Shown one piece after another: positions 56,634-64,000 of a DNA stretch of 64,000 nt. Origin of the DNA: Alphaproteobacteria bacterium (GTDB lineage: Bacteria > Pseudomonadota > Alphaproteobacteria > Rs-D84); the NCBI GenBank assembly GCA_017471445.1, contig JAFUTJ010000008.1:112382-176381 (forward strand), read 5' to 3'. A program made the position numbers and the translations under genes. The notes under the pieces are model-generated. The model was given only the letters and a program-made list of their open reading frames with translations. It had not been told where the DNA came from and searched no databases. Position 1 is the first letter of the stretch. The number at the start of each line of letters is the position of its first letter.

Positions 56634-57902
56634 ATGCACGTTAACGAATTAAAGGCAAAAAGCCCGCAACAGTTATTAAAAATGGCCGAAGATATGGGTA
56701 TTGAAAACCCGTCGCAATTGGATGTAAAGCAATTGCGATTTGCGGTTATGCGCATATATGCCGCCGATAAAAAAGTTACTTTGATTGGTGACGGGGTTCT
56801 GGAACGTATGCAAGATGGGTTTGGGTTCTTGCGCGCGCCGGAAAGCAATTACCTGGCCGGGCCAGATGATTTGTATGTGTCACCGAATCTGATTAAAAAA
56901 TATGGATTAAAAACCGGTGATTATATCGAAGGGCGCATTCAAGCACCACAAAACGAATCAGAACGGTATTTCGCATTAGAAACAATTGAACGCGTAAATG
57001 GTGGAAACCCAGAAAACCTGCGGCATCGGGTGTCTTTTGACGATATGACACCGTTATACCCAGATGAAAAATTACAGATGGAAGTTCCCGACGACAAAGA
57101 CAAAGGGCGCAGTTTGTCGGCACGTGTAATTGACCTGATTTCGCCAACCGGCAAGGGGCAACGTTCGTTAATTGTTGCGCCACCGCGCACAGGTAAAACC
57201 GTCATGTTACAAAACATTGCGCATTCAATTGCGACAAATTACCCGGACGTAAAATTAATTGTTCTGTTGATTGATGAACGCCCCGAAGAAGTTACCGATA
57301 TGCAGCGCAGCGTCAAGGGCGAGGTTATATCATCCACGTTTGACGAACCGGCCGCCCGCCATATTCAGGTTGCCGAAATGGTTATTGAAAAGGCCAAACG
57401 TTTGGTAGAGGCCGGACAAGACGTTGTTATATTGTTGGATTCGATTACACGTCTGGGGCGTGCATATAATACGTGTGTGCCATCGTCGGGCAAGGTTTTA
57501 ACCGGCGGTGTTGATGCGTATGCATTGCAAAGACCAAAGCGATTCTTTGGTGCGGCCCGTAATATCGAAGGTGGCGGGTCATTAACCATTATTGCAACCG
57601 CATTAATTGAAACGGGGTCCAAAATGGACGAAGTTATATTCGAAGAATTCAAGGGCACCGGAAACAGCGAAATTATTTTAGATCGCAAGTTGTCCGACAA
57701 ACGCGTGTACCCGGCCATTGATATTACAAAATCTGGCACACGCAAAGAAGACTTGTTGGTGGGGCGTGAAATACTGTCAAAAATGTATGTATTGCGCCGT
57801 ATCATAAATCCAATGGGAACGTTAGAGGCGATGGAATTCTTGCTGGATAAATTGCGTCTGACCAAAACGAACGAGGATTTCTTTAATTCAATGAATCAGT
57901 AA
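56634..57902 (+). CDS. rho: transcription termination factor Rho
   Basis: N-terminus [20 protein letters not shown], an RNA-binding domain, Walker A PPRTGKT, and [16 protein letters not shown]. Start moved to MHVNELK (56634). Confidence 0.95.
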   Translation: MHVNELKAKSPQQLLKMAEDMGIENPSQLDVKQLRFAVMRIYAADKKVTLIGDGVLERMQDGFGFLRAPESNYLAGPDDLYVSPNLIKKYGLKTGDYIEGRIQAPQNESERYFALETIERVNGGNPENLRHRVSFDDMTPLYPDEKLQMEVPDDKDKGRSLSARVIDLISPTGKGQRSLIVAPPRTGKTVMLQNIAHSIATNYPDVKLIVLLIDERPEEVTDMQRSVKGEVISSTFDEPAARHIQVAEMVIEKAKRLVEAGQDVVILLDSITRLGRAYNTCVPSSGKVLTGGVDAYALQRPKRFFGAARNIEGGGSLTIIATALIETGSKMDEVIFEEFKGTGNSEIILDRKLSDKRVYPAIDITKSGTRKEDLLVGREILSKMYVLRRIINPMGTLEAMEFLLDKLRLTKTNEDFFNSMNQ

Positions 57903-57907
57903 AAACG

Positions 57908-58132
57908 ATGAAATTTTATTGTATCACAATTGCGCTGACATCAATGGTCGGCGCATATTTTATTGGGCGTGCCACAGGCCGTTCCGCCGCCAAGGTTGAA
58001 ATTGCCGCCCGTGACACAATTACTAACGAAAAAATTATAAAAACAATGGAATGTGTAAATGCAGAAATTATTCATATTGGCACCGGCGATATTCGTCGCA
58101 TCCTGCACGAACAATACACAATTGCCGAATAG
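57908..58132 (+). CDS. small N-terminally membrane-anchored protein (i-spanin-like)
   Basis: One TM helix (ITIALTSMVGAYFIG) followed by a short helical region. Confidence 0.35.
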   Translation: MKFYCITIALTSMVGAYFIGRATGRSAAKVEIAARDTITNEKIIKTMECVNAEIIHIGTGDIRRILHEQYTIAE

Positions 58133-58250
58133 TATAATATGCCCATGCATGCCGATATATGGACATGCGGGCGACTGGGACATAATCAGTGACGATTTGG
58201 CACGTAATATTTATCGTCACAACCAATTTTGCACCAAATTAAACAAGTAA
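58059..58250 (+). CDS. small lipoprotein in overlapping alternate frame (o-spanin-like)
   Basis: Lipobox FVASC. 63 aa. Overlaps the 3' 74 nt of the previous ORF in another frame. Confidence 0.35.
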   Translation: MQKLFILAPAIFVASCTNNTQLPNSIICPCMPIYGHAGDWDIISDDLARNIYRHNQFCTKLNK

Positions 58251-58253
58251 AAA

Positions 58254-58276
58254 ACGCCATAACCGGCGTTTTTTTA
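58254..58276. terminator. bidirectional terminator (spanin-like pair / proS)
   Basis: ACGCC-ATAAC-CGGCGT flanked by A5 and T7. Confidence 0.65.
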
Positions 58277-59710
58277 GTAAGACTTTGCAACGAATACATA
58301 TGTTGAATCGGCATCGTCCAGACAACGACGCGTGATTTTATATTTTTCCATCATTGCGTCAAATTCTGCACATTGCGTTAATACATATTTAATGCGGAAA
58401 AATCCAATTTTACCCGATGCCAATGCCGCATCCAGCGCAGATAAATCTGTGACATTATGAATCATTGATTCATTACGTTTCTGCGCACGTGCCAACATAT
58501 CATCATGGATTTGGCGCAACATATTTGTGGCATCTGTCACAAAGGCATCCACAGACATCGTTTTCTTGGATTCCCGCCCAATATCACGACGTGTAACAGT
58601 TATTGCGCCATCTGCCATTTCGCGTGCACCAACCTCTATACGTAATGGAACGCCGCGTTTAATCCATTTCCACATTTTGTCCGGCGACCGCATATCGGTA
58701 TCATCAACAAAAACACGCACACCTGTGGCGCGTAATTTTTCTGCGATTTGTTCTGCCCAGGCATTTAATTCATCGGCTGTTTCATCACGTGTAATAGGAA
58801 TAATCACAACCTGGTACGGGGCAACCGTCGGCGGCAGAACCAGCCCATCATCATCACTGTGCGTCATTAACAAACCGCCCATCATGCGGGTTGATGTGCC
58901 CCAACTGGTCGTCCAGGCGTATGACAATTTACCATCGGTCCCAAGATACTGAATTCCGAATGATTTGGCAAAATGTTGCCCCAGGTCGTGCGATGTGCCG
59001 GCCTGTAAAGCCTTGCCATCTTGCATAATTTGTTCAATCGTATATGTATGGTCGGCACCAGCAAAGCGTTCTTCGGGTGTTTTTTCACCAACAATGCATG
59101 GTATTGCCAAAACATCGCGCATATAGTCATGATACATTTTATGCATTGCGCGTGCATCGGCATTTGATTCTTCGTGTGTGGCGAACACATTGTGCCCTTC
59201 TTGCCAATTAAATTCAGATGTGCGCAAGAACATACGCGGACGCATTTCCCAACGCATAACGTTTACCCACTGATTCAACTTTAACGGCAAATCACGATAC
59301 GATTGCACCCAACGCGACATGGCCTCGCCAATAATGGTTTCGGATGTTGGGCGAATAATATATGGTTCGGTCAGCTTTGATTCCGGATCAGGCAGTAATT
59401 TACCATCTATCATTTTCAGACGATAATGTGTAACGACCGCCGCTTCCTTGGCAAAGCCGGCGACATGTTCCGCTTCCTTATTAAAAAACTCAATCGGAAT
59501 CAATAACGGAAAGTTTGCGTTTTGTACGCCCGATGCCTTAATTCGTTTATCCATTTCGTCGCGCATTAATTCCCAAATGGCCCAACCATATGGCTTTATC
59601 GTCATACAACCGCGCACAGGTGCGTTTTCGGCCAAATCCGCCGCCACAATCAGATTTTGATACCATTCACTAAAATTTTCCGCCCTTGTTGGTGTTATTG
59701 CTGTTTTCAT
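58274..59710 (-). CDS. proS: proline--tRNA ligase (archaeal/eukaryote-like type, no INS domain)
   Basis: N-terminus AENFSEWYQNLIVAADLAE...RGCMTIKPYG, class II motifs, and a C-terminal extension ending ...VFVAKSY. Confidence 0.9.
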   Translation of the reverse strand: MKTAITPTRAENFSEWYQNLIVAADLAENAPVRGCMTIKPYGWAIWELMRDEMDKRIKASGVQNANFPLLIPIEFFNKEAEHVAGFAKEAAVVTHYRLKMIDGKLLPDPESKLTEPYIIRPTSETIIGEAMSRWVQSYRDLPLKLNQWVNVMRWEMRPRMFLRTSEFNWQEGHNVFATHEESNADARAMHKMYHDYMRDVLAIPCIVGEKTPEERFAGADHTYTIEQIMQDGKALQAGTSHDLGQHFAKSFGIQYLGTDGKLSYAWTTSWGTSTRMMGGLLMTHSDDDGLVLPPTVAPYQVVIIPITRDETADELNAWAEQIAEKLRATGVRVFVDDTDMRSPDKMWKWIKRGVPLRIEVGAREMADGAITVTRRDIGRESKKTMSVDAFVTDATNMLRQIHDDMLARAQKRNESMIHNVTDLSALDAALASGKIGFFRIKYVLTQCAEFDAMMEKYKITRRCLDDADSTYVFVAKSY

Positions 59711-60546
59711 TTTTTCATCTCTTTATTTTTAATATCTTTTAATTCCATATATTTTTCTGACACGATTTTCCCCAGTGTCGCAGCGATTTCTTTTCTGTCC
59801 ATGTTACCCGGTTGAACAGGTGGCATAATTGTAATTTCAACACGAAATCCGCCAATTGCCATAATGTGAAAGATTTGACCAAATGCACTGCGTTCGTGGG
59901 AACATTTGGGGCCCATGTCTTGCTTTGCATTATCAAAGTAACCATAATGTTCGGCCAATGTTTCATCATCAATTGGTGAACCATCGCGATATCGGTAATG
60001 CATCGCAATCGGTTGAACCCATGTATCAGATTGTTCAATGAAATTGAACAATGTGCTCTTAAACGGTTTCACATATGCGCCGTTGGTCGTCGTCCCTTCT
60101 GGGAATATAATCATTGGGTATTTTACGCCACGGACCCGGTTTTGCACGTGCGTTAATGCATCGCGCGCATGCGACGGGCGGCGGTCAACAAATACAACGC
60201 CAAATTTGCGCGAAATTGGTCCGACAATTGGCCAGTGTTCCATTTCTTTTTTGGCAACAAAACTGCCCCCGATGGCCAATGGGAATGTTGCGATTTCAAA
60301 TACCGATATATGATTTGACACAACAATTAATGGCCGGTGTTCGGACAATTTACCGTTTACACGTATTTTTATACCCGCCAATTTTACCAAGAACCACATA
60401 AACACACGCATATACCAAACCGCCATGCGCCCACGTGGCAATAATGCGATAATCGGAATCTGAACCCCAACCAATACGCAAAACATCGCGAATTTAATCA
60501 CAGCAATAAATGTGTTAAAGATATTCTGGTGTGGTGTGTGTTTCAT
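59707..60546 (-). CDS. olsA: lysophospholipid acyltransferase (PlsC family), OlsA-like
   Basis: VSNHISVFE (HX4D/E box) and FPEGTT. Starts 1 nt after the olsB-like stop (ATG at 60546). Confidence 0.65.
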   Translation of the reverse strand: MKHTPHQNIFNTFIAVIKFAMFCVLVGVQIPIIALLPRGRMAVWYMRVFMWFLVKLAGIKIRVNGKLSEHRPLIVVSNHISVFEIATFPLAIGGSFVAKKEMEHWPIVGPISRKFGVVFVDRRPSHARDALTHVQNRVRGVKYPMIIFPEGTTTNGAYVKPFKSTLFNFIEQSDTWVQPIAMHYRYRDGSPIDDETLAEHYGYFDNAKQDMGPKCSHERSAFGQIFHIMAIGGFRVEITIMPPVQPGNMDRKEIAATLGKIVSEKYMELKDIKNKEMKK

Positions 60547-60547
60547 G

Positions 60548-61522
60548 TTATGCGCCCATACCCGTGGTGTTATTATCATCGGCATCTTCGATAAATTCGG
60601 CATCGGCCGCGTCTTCGCGTAATAAAAACTCAAAAACTGCGCCCGCCATTTTCAATGGCACCGTTACCGGCGACAGGACGATTTTCCCAATTGTTTTAAT
60701 TACGCCGTCACGACCTTCGCCGTCGTCAATGCCGTCCAATGCGGTTGCACGCCCCAAGAAATGTTTCTTGTACGCGGCATCAATGTTTTTAACCTGTAAC
60801 ATAACGAACACGTCGTATGTATTAAATGGCCCGTCAACAAATACGCCACGCCCAAACGATGCCCCCAGCCGCAGGTACCCCTTAATCAACGGGGGCATTT
60901 CGCGGCGTGCGGCATCTTCGTCAACAAATTCGCGAGGTAATATATTCATTCGAGATAATTTTGGATTAACACCGGGCGCAAAGCGTTCTGGTAAAACAGT
61001 GGCACGTAAACTGGCCGGGGACAGGTTATTATAATACAGGTACGAAATCGCCTGGGCCGCCAGTCCCGGATTTTTACCAACCCATGACGCAACACCAAAA
61101 ACAATAACAATTTTGCGACGCACAACATATTCGCCCAGTCCCGCCCACAACATACGCATTACCAGCGCATTTTCACGATATTCGCGTGCAACACACGCAC
61201 GCGACATTTCGGCAATATTTGCAGGGGATTTTTTTATCTTGGAAATATTAAATTCTGTTTCGGTGTAAAACCCGCCCATTTTTTCAGCGGCATCGCGCCC
61301 GATAATACGGTATGTGCCAACCACACGCCCATTGTGAAAGACCGCCATATAATCGGCATGTGTATCATAATCGTCATATTCTTCGCGCAATGCATGCTGT
61401 TCCGGGGTGGCGGATGCCCCCTCCTCGGCTACAAAAACGTCATAGCGCAGGTTACGCACCATGCGACGTTCTTCTTTGTTTCGGGTTAATCGAACCTCGT
61501 AATCACGGACCTTTATCGTCAT
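60548..61522 (-). CDS. olsB: GNAT-family N-acyltransferase, OlsB-like (lyso-ornithine lipid synthase)
   Basis: YEVRLTRNKEERRMVRNLRYDVFVAEEGA...GTYRII matches the OlsB/hemolysin-like acyltransferase N-terminus, and it forms an operon with a PlsC-family gene. Confidence 0.65.
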   Translation of the reverse strand: MTIKVRDYEVRLTRNKEERRMVRNLRYDVFVAEEGASATPEQHALREEYDDYDTHADYMAVFHNGRVVGTYRIIGRDAAEKMGGFYTETEFNISKIKKSPANIAEMSRACVAREYRENALVMRMLWAGLGEYVVRRKIVIVFGVASWVGKNPGLAAQAISYLYYNNLSPASLRATVLPERFAPGVNPKLSRMNILPREFVDEDAARREMPPLIKGYLRLGASFGRGVFVDGPFNTYDVFVMLQVKNIDAAYKKHFLGRATALDGIDDGEGRDGVIKTIGKIVLSPVTVPLKMAGAVFEFLLREDAADAEFIEDADDNNTTGMGA

Positions 61523-61679
61523 GTAAATAATTCCCCTTGGGTTACAAACATTGATTCAGACTAACAAATAAAAGCAAAATTGTAAAGGTGTTAATTGTTT
61601 TTGGCTTTTTGGGTTCATATTATTACGCCGCATGAAAATCCATGCGGCGCAGAACATACACAGGCCAAAGTTAATTACT

Positions 61680-62372
61680 CTATTTTTCCATACCCTGTTG
61701 GCACATTTGCATCATCAACAACATCTGCATTCTTTGCTTTGCGATTGCAAATACGTTTTTATTGCCAGATTGACGCAATATACCAGGGATCGATTTTTTT
61801 ACATCACGGTATATCGGTGTCCCAGGCATATGCGGACGTGCATTTACCGCCACATGTCCCGTGTGAACCTTTGCATTACCAACCGCAGATTTTACCGGTG
61901 CAGGCCGGGGCTTTTGCGGGATGGTGCTTGGTTTTTGTTTGTCGTATTGACGCAATATACCGTTTATAATATTCAATGCATCTGACGTGTTTTTTGCACC
62001 GTATGCATTCAATTTTGATACCAATTCTGGGTTGTTGGGTATTTTCATTTGACTGTTTGGGTTGGTCATTATAACACGCGACCATTTTGCACGATGTTCG
62101 GCATGCGCCTTTTTCAGTTGCTGTGCGGCCGGATTATCGGCATTTCGTGTGGTGACAAACGTGCCCGCCATATCCATTGCGCTTTGCCAGGCATGCCCCA
62201 ATGTCTTATTACGGGTCCACATCGTCATGGCCAATCCGAAATACATTCGCTTGTACTCACGCGTGATTTTACGCTGTAATTCAGGCGACAACGCATTGCC
62301 CATCGCGCGTTTGGCCCCATACAGTGCCATGATAAACTGATTTGTGTTTTGATTTTGTGTGTTGTTGTTCAT
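61680..62372 (-). CDS. hypothetical protein
   Basis: 230-aa ORF with an N/Q-rich N-terminus and basic composition. No recognised motif. Confidence 0.4.
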   Translation of the reverse strand: MNNNTQNQNTNQFIMALYGAKRAMGNALSPELQRKITREYKRMYFGLAMTMWTRNKTLGHAWQSAMDMAGTFVTTRNADNPAAQQLKKAHAEHRAKWSRVIMTNPNSQMKIPNNPELVSKLNAYGAKNTSDALNIINGILRQYDKQKPSTIPQKPRPAPVKSAVGNAKVHTGHVAVNARPHMPGTPIYRDVKKSIPGILRQSGNKNVFAIAKQRMQMLLMMQMCQQGMEK

Positions 62373-62619
62373 TGTGCGCTCCTTTGGTTTTCAATGTGGC
62401 GCATCATTACCCACATCATATTTATATAGTGTGCACGTGACCTTTTTCAAGGGCGCATATTATTTTTGACTTTATTCCCAAACTTGGTTACCATTAGTGA
62501 TGTTTTATGCCATAAAAAGCATACTGTTGCCAATAATGGGCGGTGTGGGCATGTAAACCCCGGTCTTGCCAATAATGGGGGCCGTGGAAATTCATCATAA
62601 CAATATAAGGAGTTTCTTG

Positions 62620-63630
62620 ATGAAAAAAACTTTATCGTTGGCGGCCGTCATGACCGTCATTTCGGCACCGGCATTTGCCGCGAATATGGAAAACCCACTG
62701 TATATGCCACATTCACGCGAAGTGTATTCCAAAACAACGGGTGGCGTTATGTACAAAATTACTGATGCAACCCTGCACCAGCGGTTGCGTGACCATGACG
62801 GCGAAGTGGAATTTCCCGTTTGGCGTGCGTCCGAAGAAATTGGGGTTGGCGTTACCGACCGGTGGATGGTGCATGGCGTAATTGGATACACCTATGATGG
62901 TGATATTGACCGCCAAGGTTTCCACCTGGGGCGGCTGGGGACGACATACCGCGTGATTCAGACATCTGATGATATCGTGTGGGATTTGTATGGCGATTTA
63001 CACATGGGCGGCATACAAAAAATGAAGGGCGCATACCAAGGTACCGCCACCGCCGGAACATTTGATTATCGCAACTATTCCAACGGGCGTTGGGGCGTGC
63101 ATGTCGGGTCCAAGGTTGGGAAAACGTGGTCGCGCCTGACCGCCAGTGTTTTTGCCGAAGTATTAAAAACATGGGGTAACGACAATAACGAAATAAACGT
63201 ATCAGAACTAATGTTGGCCCCAAGTATGCCGGTTACCGCGGTTGGTGTACCGTCAAAAATATCGGCAGAACTGAAATCAACATGGGAAATTAATGCAGGT
63301 GCAAATCTGTTTTACCAGATTGATGACCGGTGGTCCGGTGGTTTTGGGTTCCGTTATAACCATCATGCCGACAATGGTGTAAAGAGCATTTCAACCGAAA
63401 TCCCAACCGCAATGGGACGCACCGTTGCGGCGGCGTTTGTTGATAAACTGGCCAATATGAAGGACGAATTTAACGAGTATATCAGCACAATTACCATCGC
63501 ACGTCAAATGACAGACTGTCTGCAATTGGCATGGTATCTGGATTATACATTTGACGACGGTCATGAAAAATCATCAAACAGTACGAATTTCAAGGCCGAA
63601 ACCGGATTGCGATTAAACCTGCGATTCTAA
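62620..63630 (+). CDS. outer-membrane beta-barrel protein
   Basis: Signal peptide MKKTLSLAAVMTVISAPAFA (ATG at 62620 after AAGGAG) and a C-terminus GLRLNLRF. Confidence 0.65.
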   Translation: MKKTLSLAAVMTVISAPAFAANMENPLYMPHSREVYSKTTGGVMYKITDATLHQRLRDHDGEVEFPVWRASEEIGVGVTDRWMVHGVIGYTYDGDIDRQGFHLGRLGTTYRVIQTSDDIVWDLYGDLHMGGIQKMKGAYQGTATAGTFDYRNYSNGRWGVHVGSKVGKTWSRLTASVFAEVLKTWGNDNNEINVSELMLAPSMPVTAVGVPSKISAELKSTWEINAGANLFYQIDDRWSGGFGFRYNHHADNGVKSISTEIPTAMGRTVAAAFVDKLANMKDEFNEYISTITIARQMTDCLQLAWYLDYTFDDGHEKSSNSTNFKAETGLRLNLRF

Positions 63631-63635
63631 TAAAA

Positions 63636-63660
63636 ATCCCACAAAAGTGGGATTTTTTGT
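63636..63660. terminator. bidirectional terminator
   Basis: ATCCCAC-AAAA-GTGGGAT followed by TTTTT. Confidence 0.7.
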
Positions 63661-63673
63661 TGTGGGGATTATT

Positions 63674-64000
63674 TCACACCAGCGATTTTAATATTTGTAT
63701 TAATCGCTGTTTTTCATGACTGCCATCTGTGTTAAAGCGTATTAACGGAATATTATATGTTCTGAATATATTATCTTTCATTCTGTCACGTTCATATTGT
63801 TTTGTCCCCGTACGATGATACGCAGTGCCATCAACCTCTATCCCAAGTTTAGGTTTCTTGGACACACGGTCAAATATAACAAAATCACAATGTGTCATTA
63901 TGTTGTTTGCATAATTAAATTCTGTGTCTGTTAAATTTTGCAAATTACAAAACATATGTTTTAACGGGACATGTAATGCAACATCAAATATCTTGAACAA
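63674..64000 (-). CDS. DUF2726/restriction-endonuclease-fold domain protein, C-terminal part (runs off window)
   Basis: HCDFVIFDRVSKKPKLGIEVDGTAYH...ERDRMKDNIFRTYNIPLIRF follows the DUF2726 nuclease-like pattern (D...E-x-D/K). The ORF is open at the window edge. Confidence 0.55.
   Translation of the reverse strand: MFKIFDVALHVPLKHMFCNLQNLTDTEFNYANNIMTHCDFVIFDRVSKKPKLGIEVDGTAYHRTGTKQYERDRMKDNIFRTYNIPLIRFNTDGSHEKQRLIQILKSLV

Noticed and set aside
61624-61650. Hairpin CGCCGCATG-AAAATC-CATGCGGCG as a terminator
   Set aside because: There is no U-run on either side in the appropriate orientation, so its function is unclear. It was not annotated.

Overview
64 kb of a moderately AT-rich Gram-negative chromosome. 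LPS and outer-membrane genes are present (lpxI, lptE, four beta-barrel OMPs, olsBA). Gene content looks alphaproteobacterium-like, but taxonomy cannot be verified from this window. No rRNA, CRISPR array, IS element, transposase or integrase was seen.

Housekeeping backbone: queA (partial), era, dcd, a U32 peptidase, tRNA-Thr(UGU), lpxI, an RlmD-like methyltransferase, dnaK, zapA plus a DUF4164-like gene, radC-map-holA-lptE, a fadD-like ligase, nrdD/nrdG, lrgAB, a PAP2 phosphatase, an envC-like gene, tyrS, birA, ssb, rho, proS and olsBA.

Accessory or unusual content:
1. A roughly 5 kb AT-rich islet directly 3' of tRNA-Thr. It carries a BcgI-like (type IIB) restriction-modification pair and two tandem DUF3419-like paralogues.
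2. A DGR-type reverse transcriptase (IGNLTSQ motif, YCDD box) for which I could find no template or variable repeat.
3. A class III ribonucleotide reductase whose glycyl-radical loop sits on a separate 59-codon ORF.
4. A 12.5 kb T7-like head and tail-hub cluster between tyrS and birA (portal, scaffold, capsid, gp11-like, gp12-like, lysin). It has no integrase, polymerase, fibre or internal-core genes. Its large terminase gene is cut into ATPase and nuclease halves by an antiparallel 3.3 kb cassette carrying dnaB, a double-HTH repressor-like gene and an unknown gene. A histone-H1-like KA-repeat gene forms its own transcription unit between the scaffold and capsid genes.
5. Two candidate RNA elements. 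One is a promoter-to-terminator roughly 200 nt sRNA with CU-rich loops. The other is a roughly 240 nt leader with mutually exclusive terminator and antiterminator pairings upstream of the PAP2 gene.

All functional calls rest on motif recognition by eye and on recalled family signatures. No database search was run.
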